A stretch of 30,972 nt of DNA from assembly GCA_030141605.1 (NCBI GenBank), contig JAQGDQ010001645.1:1-30972 (forward strand), in the 5' to 3' direction. Source of the DNA: Tubiluchus corallicola. Lineage: Eukaryota > Animalia > Priapulida. Positions 21,488-30,972 of the stretch are shown here, in pieces. The stretch's first letter is position 1; each line of letters starts with the position of its first letter. Below the pieces are notes generated by a model. The model was given only the letters and a program-made list of their open reading frames with translations, had not been told where the DNA came from and searched no databases. The position numbers and the translations under genes were made by a program.

Positions 21488-24400
21488 TTATCGTTGCCGT
21501 TAGAATTTCTAATGCATTTCATATTGTTTATCGTTGCCGTTAGAATTTCTAGTTCATTTCATATTGTTTATCGTTGCCGTTAGAATTTCTAGTTCATTTC
21601 ATATTGTTTATCGTTGCCGTTAGAATTTCTAGTTCATTTCATATTGTTTATCGTTGCCGTTAGAATTTCTAGTGCATTTCATATTGTTCATCGTTGCCGT
21701 TAGAATTTCTAGTGCATTTCATATTGTTTATCGTTGCCGTTAGAATTTCTAGTTCATTTCATATTGTTTATCGTTGCCGTTAGAATTTCTAGTGCATTTC
21801 ATATTGCTCATCGTTGCCGTTAGAATTTCTAGTTCATTTCATATTGTTTATCGTTGCCGTTAGAATTTCTAGTGCATTTCATATTGCTCATCGTTGCCGT
21901 TAGAATTTCTAGTGCATTTCATATTGTTTATCGTTGCCGTTAGAATTTCTAGTTCATTTCATATTGTTTATCGTTGCCGTTAGAATTTCTAGTTCATTTC
22001 ATATTGTTTATCGTTGCCGTTAGAATTTCTAGTGCATTTCATATTGTTTATCGTTGCCGTTAGAATTTCTAGTTCATTTCATATTGTTTATCGTTGCCGT
22101 TAGAATTTCTAGTGTATTTCACATTGTTCATCGTTGCCGTTAGAATTTCTAGTGTATTTCATATTGTTCATCGTTGCCGTTAGAATTTCTAGTGCATTTC
22201 ATATTGTTTATCGTTGCCGTTAGAATTTCTAGTTCATTTCATATTGTTTATCGTTGCCGTTAGAATTTCTAGTGCATTTCATATTGTTCATCGTTGCCGT
22301 TAGAATTTCTAGTTCATTTCATATTGTTTATCGTTGCCGTTAGAATTTCTAGTGCATTTCATATTGTTCATCGTTGCCGTTAGAATTTCTAGTTCATTTC
22401 ATATTGTTTATCGTTGCCGTTAGAATTTCTAGTGCATTTCATATTGTTCATCGTTGCCGTTAGAATTTCTAGTTCATTTCATATTGTTTATCGTTGCCGT
22501 TAGAATTTCTAGTCCATTTCATATTGTTTATCGTTGCCGTTAGAATTTCTAGTGCATTTCATATTGTTTATCGTTGCCGGTAGAATTTCTAGTGCATTTC
22601 ATATTGTTTATCGTTGCCGTTAGAATTTCTAGTGCATTTCATATTGTTTATCGTTGCCGGTAGAATTTCTAGTGCATTTCATATTGTTTATCGTTGCCGT
22701 TAGAATTTCTAATGCATTTCATATTGTTTATCGTTGCCGTTAGAATTTCTAATGCATTTCATATTGTTTATCGTTGCCGTTAGAATTTCTAATGCATTTC
22801 ATATTGTTTATCGTTGCCGGTAGAATTTCTAGTGCATTTCATATTGTTTATCGTTGCCGTTAGAATTTCTAGTTCATTTCATATTGTTTATCGTTGCCGG
22901 TAGAATTTCTAGCGCATTTCATATTGTTTATCGTTGCCGTTAGAATTTCTAGTGCATTTCATATTGTTTATCGTTGCCGTTAGAATTTCTAGTTCATTTC
23001 ATATTGCTCATCGTTGCCGTTAGAATTTCTAGCGCATTTCATATTGTTTATCGTTGCCGTTAGAATTTCTAGTTCATTTCATATTGTTTATCGTTGCCGT
23101 TAGAATTTCTAGTTCATTTCATATTGTTTATCGTTGCCGTTAGAATTTCTAGTGCATTTCATATTGCTCATCGTTGCCGTTAGAATTTCTAGTTCATTTC
23201 ATATTGTTTATCGTTGCCGTTAGAATTTCTAGTGCATTTCATATTGTTTATCGTTGCCGTTAGAATTTCTAGTTCATTTCATATTGTTTATCGTTGCCGT
23301 TAGAATTTCTAGTTCATTTCATATTGTTTATCGTTGCCGTTAGAATTTCTAGTGCATTTCATATTGTTTATCGTTGCCGTTAGAATTTCTAGTGCATTTC
23401 ATATTGTTTATCGTTGCCGTTAGAATTTCTAGTGCATTTCATATTGTTCATCGTTGCCGTTAGAATTTCTAGTTCATTTCATATTGTTTATCGTTGCCGT
23501 TAGAATTTCTAGTGTATTTCATATTGTTTATCGTTGCCGTTAGAATTTCTAGTCCATTTCCTATTGTTTATCGTTGCCGTTAGAATTTCTAGTTCATTTC
23601 ATATTGTTTATCGTTGCCGTTAGAATTTCTAGTTCATTTCATATTGTTTATCGTTGCCGTTAGAATTTCTAGTTCATTTCATATTGTTTATCGTTGCCGT
23701 TAGAATTTCTAGTGCATTTCATATTGTTTATCGTTGCCGTTAGAATTTCTAGTGCATTTCATATTGTTTATCGTTGCCGGTAGAATTTCTAGTTCATTTC
23801 ATATTGTTTATCGTTGCCGTTAGAATTTCTAGTGTATTTCATATTGTTTATCGTTGCCGTTAGAATTTCTAGTGCATTTCATATTGTTTATCGTTGCCGT
23901 TAGAATTTCTAGTTCATTTCATATTGTTTATCGTTGCCGTTAGAATTTCTAGTGCATTTCATATTGTTTATCGTTGCCGGTAGAATTTCTAGTTCATTTC
24001 ATATTGTTTATCGTTGCCGTTAGAATTTCTAGTGCATTTCATATTGCTCATCGTTGCCGTTAGAATTTCTAGTTCATTTCATATTGTTTATCGTTGCCGT
24101 TAGAATTTCTAGTGCATTTTATATTGCTCATCGTTGCCGTTAGAATTTCTAGTTCATTTCATATTGTTTATCGTTGCCGTTAGAATTTCTAGTGCATTTT
24201 ATATTGCTCATCGTTGCCGTTAGAATTTCTAGTGTATTTCATATTGTTTATCGTTGCCGTTAGAATTTCTAGTGCATTTCATATTGTTTATCGTTGCCGT
24301 TAGAATTTCTAGTCCATTTTATATTGTTTATCGTTGCCGTTAGAATTTCTAGTGCATTTCATATTGTTTATCGTTGCCGTTAGAATTTCTAGTGCATTTC

Positions 24401-24750
24401 ATATTGTTTATCGTTGCCGTTAGAATTTCTAGTCCATTTCATATTGTTTATCGTTGCCGTTAGAATTTCTAGTGCATTTCATATTGTTTATCGTTGCCGT
24501 TAGAATTTCTAGTGCATTTCATATTGTTTATCGTTGCCGTTAGAATTTCTAATGCATTTCATATTGTTTATCGTTGCCGGTAGAATTTCTAATGCATTTC
24601 ATATTGTTTATCGTTGCCGTTAGAATTTCTAATGCATTTCATATTGTTTATCGTTGCCGGTAGAATTTCTAGTGCATTTTATATTGCTCATCGTTGCCGT
24701 TAGAATTTCTAGTGCATTTCATATTGTTTATCGTTGCCATTATAATTTCT
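21488..24750. repeat. 40-bp tandem satellite, about 81 copies
   Basis: Unit TTATCGTTGCCGTTAGAATTTCTAGTKCATTTCATATTGT, in exact 40-bp phase without indels throughout. Confidence 0.99.
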
Positions 24751-26295
24751 GTTTCATATTTTTACATTCAATTCGCGTTCAGATCTAGTCAGTAGTAAAC
24801 TGGTATCTAGGTCTTGTTACAGCTGCTCATTCAATGTGAACACAGCTTTACCTCAAGGCGGTGATGGCACACGGAAATCATACTTAACAGATTACAGACC
24901 GCAAAGAATCGAGCAAATTAATTCAAAAACCACCCGCCATATAAAGGTGACCTTTATTACTGACCTTTATAAATTGTGATTAAAACTGACCATCGAGGGC
25001 AGCACTATACTTTTCAACACTTTAGTTTCTAAAATACGTAGATTTTTGAAGTTTTTCATGTAGTGAAAAAACTATAGCGACCCACTCTGGAAATATCTCA
25101 GCAAAATCAGCATTGCTAGACATGTGATTAAATCAATATTGAATCAAATTATACATTGTTACGTCACAAATGGATGATTGTTGAATTAGTTATGATTGTC
25201 TTGATTTTCGGTTCATTATTATATGATTTTTAACAAATTAACAACAATCAGAAGTTAAGTATAAGCCGAGAAACTAATTATTATCTTTTTGAAACGCATA
25301 GTAAATATGTAAATTTGCAGCTTTGGCCTTAAAAAGTTTCAAAATTCTCAGCAATTATGCAAATTAGTCGAAGCGAATTCTTCGTCTGTCCGAAGTTTGC
25401 AAACTAGGCTTAGACTAATTTTCGAAATTCCATCGGTAACCCATTTTTAGCACTCGAATCGTACTTGCATGTTCTTGACTGCTTTGTCTGCATTGTTTAC
25501 AGACAGACTGATACTTGTTACTAATCTTCTCTGACTCAACTTTCACTTCGCCCGGATTTTGTCACTTTAGGAAGTTCACTGGCTTTGCGGTGTTCGAAAA
25601 TCAATAATTTCTCAGGAAGCTTATAGCTGTGCTGTCCACTAGAATGGACAAGCAGAGCGATGACGTCACGAAGTCTCTACCCACGTGATCGTAACTTGCT
25701 TATCGACTTGAAGAGCGAATTGTCTACCGTACAAACTGCAAGAGTGAATTGTCTACTGTACGAACTACAAAACTACTTCTCTTTTACTCTTTTTTTTACT
25801 AAATCTTTCTTCCTTTCTTTCTTCTCTCTCTTTTACTCTTTCTTACTATATAACACCCTTCTGTTTTACCTGTGGATTCGCCAATGTTTGAGAGGAGCTG
25901 CAGAAGTTTTTGCCACGGGGGAATGAACTCACTACGGTGTACTAACCAGAGCAGGTTGTCTACCGATGCATAAACGCCCGCAGCGCCTCAAGCGGTATAA
26001 CCGTAAAACAGTTACAATGTGTAATATTCTATGAGCATAACTGTTGTTGTTCGCACAGTTCGCGATCATTTTATTGTTAGAATTTTAAACACAAAGTCAG
26101 TGTTTAGGTGAAGATTATGTCAGTAGGGTAAATTACGAGGAAATATCGTTTTGGAGGGTGTTGCCTACCCAAGTGTGATTTCTGGTACGAAATTATTGAT
26201 TTTTTGTACTTTTGTGGATCAGGGAAAAGTAAAATGTTTAAAAAGTAAACTCATCATTTTGCTTTTGTATCTGAAGTTTTTTTGTTTACCAAGTG

Positions 26296-26366
26296 TGTTG
26301 TTGTTGTTGTTGTTGTCATTGTCGCTGTAACTTTTACTGCCGTTGTTGTTGTTGTTGTTGTTGTTG
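26296..26366. repeat. (GTT)n microsatellite cassette with core GTCATTGTCGCTGTAACTTTT
   Basis: Two GTT runs flank the core. A similar cassette lies at 29388-29465. Confidence 0.85.
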
Positions 26367-26415
26367 TAAACAGTTGTAAACAAGGATTTGTAAACAGTTG
26401 AATTGTTGCTTTCAG

Positions 26416-26531
26416 GAAATGCTAAATTTAGGCGTTGCTGTGCTTTCTGGTGTCGTGGCCGGTCTCACTATTGGCATAATTGTAGCAATATTACTCTACT
26501 GTGTCCTCAGTCGTGCAAATAAACAAAACAG
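26416..26531 (+). CDS. Coding exon of an unidentified single-pass membrane protein (transmembrane/signal-anchor exon)
   Basis: Acceptor TTGTTGCTTTCAG|G and donor CAG|GTAAGT (perfect consensus). From ATG 26419 it reads MLNLGVAVLSGVVAGLTIGIIVAILLYCVLSRANKQN(R/S): a hydrophobic stretch of about 25 aa followed by Cys and basic residues. The following intron is phase 2. Confidence 0.8.
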
Positions 26532-26667
26532 GTAAGTAGTAATTAATACGCGAACGTCTACGTGGTTAAAAACTTTTTTTGAAATTTCAAAAACCGGCAA
26601 AATCAATCAGAATTAAAAAATATTTAGTTTCGCTTGTAAAATCGTTTCTTTTATTAGTCTGCAGGCT

Positions 26668-26875
26668 ATCAATCAATCAATCAATCAATCAATCAATGAA
26701 TCAATCAATCAATCCATTTATTTCACTCCAGCAATACATATACAATACATCACGTGCAATATTATTGAAACAAAAAGAAACAGTATAGGTAAAAAAAATG
26801 TTGATGAAGTCAAATTAACCAAATAAAAGAGTTGCTGTATGACATCTTGAAAGCTTGGCTTGTTAGGGTGGCAGA
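26668..26875 (-). mobile_element. LINE 3' UTR remnant with (ATTG)n tail, antisense in the intron
   Basis: The minus strand ends GTATTGTATATGTATTGCTGGAGTGAAATAAATGG(ATTG)n. It resembles the 3' UTR at 17170-17300 (AAGC...AGCTT...ATGTC and TGCAC...GTATATGTAT...GAAATAAAT). Confidence 0.6.
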
Positions 26876-27320
26876 AATGAGTGAATGAAAGAATGGTTAG
26901 GGTTAGTAGACATGATGGAATGGAAAAATAGTCAGATTAGGGATAGGAAGAAGGAAGGAAGGAGAGGATGAGTGAACGAAAGAATGGTTAGGGTTAGTAG
27001 ACATGATGGAATGGAAAAAATAGTAAGATTAGGGATGGGAAGAAGGAAGGGAGGGAGGATGAGTGAATGAAAGAATGGTTAGGGTTAGTAGACATGATGG
27101 AATGGAAAAAATAGTAAGATTAGGGATAGGAAGAAGGAAGGGAGGGGAGGATGAGTGAATGAAAGAATGGTTAGGGTTAGTAGACATGATGGAATGGAAA
27201 AAATAGTAAGATTAGGGATAGGAAGAAGGAAGGGAGGGGAGGATGAGTGAACGAAAGAATGGTTAGGGTTAGTAGACATGATGGAATGGAAAAATAGTAA
27301 GATTAGGGATAAGAAGAAGG
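26876..27320. repeat. 91-92-bp purine-rich minisatellite, 5 copies, with telomere-like GGTTAGGGTTAG
   Basis: GGTTAGGGTTAGTAGACATG at 26895, 26986, 27077, 27169 and 27261. Confidence 0.95.
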
Positions 27321-27814
27321 AAAAGAGGAGAAGAAACAAGGAAAGGAGGAGAAGAAACGATTGGACATGTTTTTCACTTTGACTAAACGTTAACTTCTTT
27401 GTGGTGTCACTCAATAAACTGGCTGGACAACTATGCACACGGACGCACAGTTATGCATACAGACATCAATAAACTTTTCATAGCTCATTAACAAAATTAA
27501 AGCATTACTCATTTTGTGCTCATGAAAAAGAGGATTTGATGTTTTAGTTTTACTCGTTTTTATGTTATTGCGATATAAATGACCTCACGAATGTTTTAAA
27601 ATGGAAGAGTTGAAAAGAGAAACTTTGTTGCCACTGTTGGGTAAACTCGTAATCATTAAAGGGCAAGAGAACAGAATTTTAAAGTATATACCAAAAGAAC
27701 TTTCTACAAAAGGTTAGATTACTTTCCATTATGCTTACCTGTTTGAAAAACTTTTTGTAATTGGAAAAGACAATCCTTAATAATTTAAAGTAGTTCCGTT
27801 AACTGACAAGATAT

Positions 27815-28240
27815 CACTGCATCTCAATCCCAGTGTGCACCACTGATTCACCAATAACACTACGTCACCATCCCAGTGTGCACCACTGATTCACCAACAG
27901 CCTGCATCACCATCCCAGTGTGCACTACTGATTCACCAACAGCACTGCATCGCAATCCCAGTGTGCACCACTGATTCACCAACAGCACTGCATCACCATC
28001 CCAGTGTGCACCACTGTTTCACCAATAGCACAGCATTACAATCCCAGTGTGCACCACTGATTCACCAATAGCACAGCATTACAATCCCAGTGTGCACCAC
28101 TGATTCACCAGCAGCACTGCATCACCATCCCAGTGTGCACCACTGATTCACCAACAGCACTGCATCACCATCCCAGTGTGCACCACTGTTTCACCAATAG
28201 CACAGCATTACAATCCCAGTGTGCACCACTGATTCACCAA
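27815..28240. repeat. 43-bp minisatellite, 10 copies
   Basis: Unit ATCCCAGTGTGCACCACTGATTCACCAAYAGCACWGCATYACM. TCCCAGTGTG starts at 27828, 27871, 27913, 27956 and onward to 28214. Confidence 0.97.
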
Positions 28241-28599
28241 GAAACGCATATTATTGATCTTATTGACAAGATAAAATAACGCAAAGTTTTGTTAATTCGT
28301 GACTTGTGCGCTACGTATGCTCAGATTATTTTTCCAAAGTTTACGCAGTGTTATCTAAACTGGTTTGAAACGGCTTACAGTTAAAATTGCTGCAGCTAAC
28401 GGTTTGTTTAAATTTGCAAGTTTTATACAGCGTTACTGCTACGGCAAGCTTTGTGTGCAATAAGACAGCATGTGAATGACACAAAATTTCAAGGGGATTT
28501 TTTTAACTGGGAGTGCTAAGGGGAGTGTTGTCTTGTCCTTTAATTACGTAAAGGAACTATTTTTTATTCGAAGGTTGAAAGGAGAATGGTGTTGTTTAA

Positions 28600-29040
28600 C
28601 CCTTTCATACCCGTTGTATCCCGTGGGATACGAGAATATTTTCTGCCTTTAAAATTAATAAAATTTTAAAACTGACAGTTATTTGATCTGTTAATAGTTA
28701 TTTTGATTTAAGCCAATAACAATAGACTAAAAATAGTGATAAAATGGCAAACTAGAAAATCTACATAGCATAAAAAACTGCGCAAGGTACAGTACTTTAG
28801 AGACGACTTTGTACAGATCAGCATAGCATGCATAACTAAATGTTTTAAATACTTTGAAAAATTATCAGCAGTTGCAAAATGAAGCACATTTTTTGCTTTT
28901 GTTGTTTTTTTAAAAATCGGACTTTGTTGTTTTTTGCACACGACAAAGAATGTTGTGTATCCCACAGGATACATTGGGAACAAAAGTACCAAACCAAAAA
29001 AATTTTCTTATTAAAAAGAAAAAATTTGGGACTGAAAGGG
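28600..29040 (-). mobile_element. piggyBac-type MITE, copy 2 (inverted relative to copy 1)
   Basis: TTAA|CCCTTTCATACCC ... GGGACTGAAAGGG|TTAA, the reverse-complement homolog of 17924-18379. The spurious ORFs in both copies share MHAMLICTKSSLKYCTLRSF. Confidence 0.92.
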
Positions 29041-29387
29041 TTAATGCATAATCAACAACAGGCCATGAAATATGATGATTATTAATTTGTCAAGCGTCAG
29101 TTTGACCTAAAAGCTGATTTTAATTTGAGCTCAACACGCGCATGTCATACTAAACAAAAGTTGACAGGTTTATAGGTCTTCTTGTCGTATATTAAGTCAC
29201 GTGTTAGAAAGGTGAACTCTTCTAGTTCACGTGTTTCATTACGTTCAGTTCGTACGTTCATAATTATCAAGTGAACTGAAATCAGTCCAAACACGTAGAA
29301 ACCTGGGCATCAGAGTTTTTTTTTCATTTTTTTGTGCATAGTTGTAAATATGTTTGATTTTATTCGTCGTTACTTTCCATTACTGCG

Positions 29388-29465
29388 GTTGTTGTTGTTG
29401 TTGTCGCTGTCATTGTCATTGTCGCTGTAACTTTTGCTGTGGTTGTTGTTGTTGATGTTGTTGTT
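29388..29465. repeat. (GTT)n microsatellite cassette, second copy
   Basis: Shares GTCATTGTCGCTGTAACTTTTRCTG between GTT runs with 26296-26366. Confidence 0.8.
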
Positions 29466-30199
29466 CCACACACATGAGAGCATTTCCGGCAGAAAATAAC
29501 AATAGTTATTCATTCAATATTTCATAATCTCTCCACACAATTGATACAAATACAGTCAGTCTGTCTGTTTGTGTTAATATGCAAGTTTGTGATGATTTAT
29601 GTTGAATATTTGCTTCTCCATTACCTGGTTAATCACAGTAGAATTCAGCTAACTGCTTTCTGTTGTAAAACATCACAGCATTGTGCTAACAAGCCGTAAT
29701 TACAACGTTTTTTTCTCATGTCGTATAGACCCAGGCAAAATGCAAATTTTCTACCTTCATAAATTACTGCAAACTAGATCAGCTGTCAAGACGAGGTACT
29801 TATTGTCTCTAGTGTCTAAACAAATTACATGCAACAACGCTGTATGGCTGGAATTAGCAGAATTATCGTGTTGGTGTTAGAATGGGCTAAACACACGTTT
29901 CTCTTAGCGTGAATAACAGTGCTTTTTAAACGTGGCACGATTCTCTTTGGCCTAAAAATTCTAGTGTTCTAACACGTCATCAATCAATTTTGTCACGAGG
30001 AGGTTTGTAGACACGCTGTCACATTCACACCACATCTGTTCACACTGGGCAATTCGCCTTAATGATTAGTTTGCATAAAGATTTGCTTTCATATCCACAA
30101 AGGATGAAAGTAGTCATAGCCTCGTTTTCGTTTGCAGTTCCAAGAGTTGGTATCGTCATAATTATACTGCCTATTATTTTAACGCCCTGGTAAAGCATT

Positions 30200-30901
30200 C
30201 CTTCCATTCATTACATCCATTTCACAATTCAAACAAGAGCTCAAATCTCATTTAAGTTTTTCGTTGCGTAAGAAACATTTTTCATTTGGTAAACCTCCAA
30301 TATCGGTGCATCATACGCGCATGAGAATCGGATTTTCTCAGCTAAACTATGACCTTTTCTCTAAACGCTGTAAAGATAATAACGGTCATCCAATATTGCC
30401 GAATTGTAACTGTGGATTTCGATTTGAGTCTGTTGAACACTTTTTGCTGCACTGCCCATTGTATCAACAAACTAGGGTTGTTATGTTTGATAAACTAAAT
30501 GAAATGCTGCTGCCTGAAAACCTTAATAAAGCTGCCTTAGGAACTAATGATCTGTTGAAGTTGTTATTATTCGGAAAAGATGCATTTAACTCTGTTGCTA
30601 ACTGTAAAATATTCCAATGCATACATGACTTTATATTATGTACTAAACGCTTCCAGTAGTTTCTATCTGATATAAAATGCATCATTCTTAAATATTCGTA
30701 CATTAATATTTTCTAACTGTCATTTTGTACTAATGTCTAATGTAATCTTGTAGTAAAACTTGTCAGTTTGTGTAGTTATAGTCTATTCTTACTGTAAATG
30801 TTCTTGTAAATAGTGTATAAAGTCTGTTGTGGTGAGGATCCTAAATCATGATGTTCAAACTGTCTGATCCAATCCTAAATAAATTATGTTTAAACTAAAC
30901 T
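30200..30901 (+). mobile_element. 5'-truncated non-LTR retrotransposon (CR1-group-like): ORF2 C-terminus with Cys/His zinc-binding motif plus 3' UTR
   Basis: The frame is open from 30183 to 30659: SISQFKQELK...HTRMRIGFSQLNYDLF...PNCNCGFRFESVEHFLLHCPLY...LLLFG...FILCTKRFQ*, a characteristic LINE ORF2 end. The tail is AATAAATTATGTTTAAACTAAACT, with a possible TSD AAGCATT (30193-30199 and 30902-30908). Confidence 0.88.
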
Positions 30902-30972
30902 AAGCATTTGCTGGACTGCCTGTAAATTTTCAGGAGAAATATTTTGCTCATATAATAAGCTGTAATCTAAGC

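Noticed and set aside
21488-24750. Heat-shock element array in TAGAATTTCTA
   Set aside because: GAA and TTC are separated by one base rather than the two required for nGAAnnTTCn.
26895-27275. True or interstitial telomere
   Set aside because: There are at most two consecutive TTAGGG-like units, embedded in a longer monomer.
27085-27438. 117-aa hydrophobic ORF on the minus strand
   Set aside because: It is the translation of the pyrimidine-rich strand of the 91-bp repeat, and the F/L/S/P bias is compositional.
17862-29085. ORFs 17862-18209, 17940-18152, 28708-28992 and 28879-29085
   Set aside because: They lie within the non-coding piggyBac-type MITE copies, have no transposase motifs, and their frames are not conserved between copies.
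30264-30659. Host zinc-finger protein gene
   Set aside because: The motifs and the 3' tail identify it as the C-terminus of a LINE ORF2. The frame has no real start (TTG) and is 5'-truncated.

Overview
AT-rich eukaryotic (metazoan, probably invertebrate) genomic DNA that is mostly non-coding and repeat-dense. There is no prokaryotic operon, CRISPR array or intact long ORF. About 45% of the window is tandem repeat: an 82-bp satellite (1-7278), a 35-bp array (14664-15955), a 10-bp-based array (18788-19881), a 40-bp satellite (21488-24750), and 91-bp and 43-bp minisatellites. Between these lie non-autonomous DNA transposons (hAT-like, piggyBac-like, TTAA/Kolobok-like), 5'-truncated CR1/L2-group LINE ends, and one convincing host exon encoding a transmembrane helix (26416-26531). 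The most notable item is a complete 548-bp retroposon on the minus strand (19997-20544). It has a full-length 5S rRNA head without a terminator, a GC-rich body and a 12-bp target-site duplication, making it a SINE3-type element. Also notable are two older tRNA/5S chimeric SINE-like relics, a satellite apparently built from a hAT transposon terminus, and CTCF-like motifs carried on MITEs. Nearly all ORFs in the supplied track are repeat artefacts. Family assignments come from remembered family hallmarks, not from database searches, and novelty cannot be confirmed without one.
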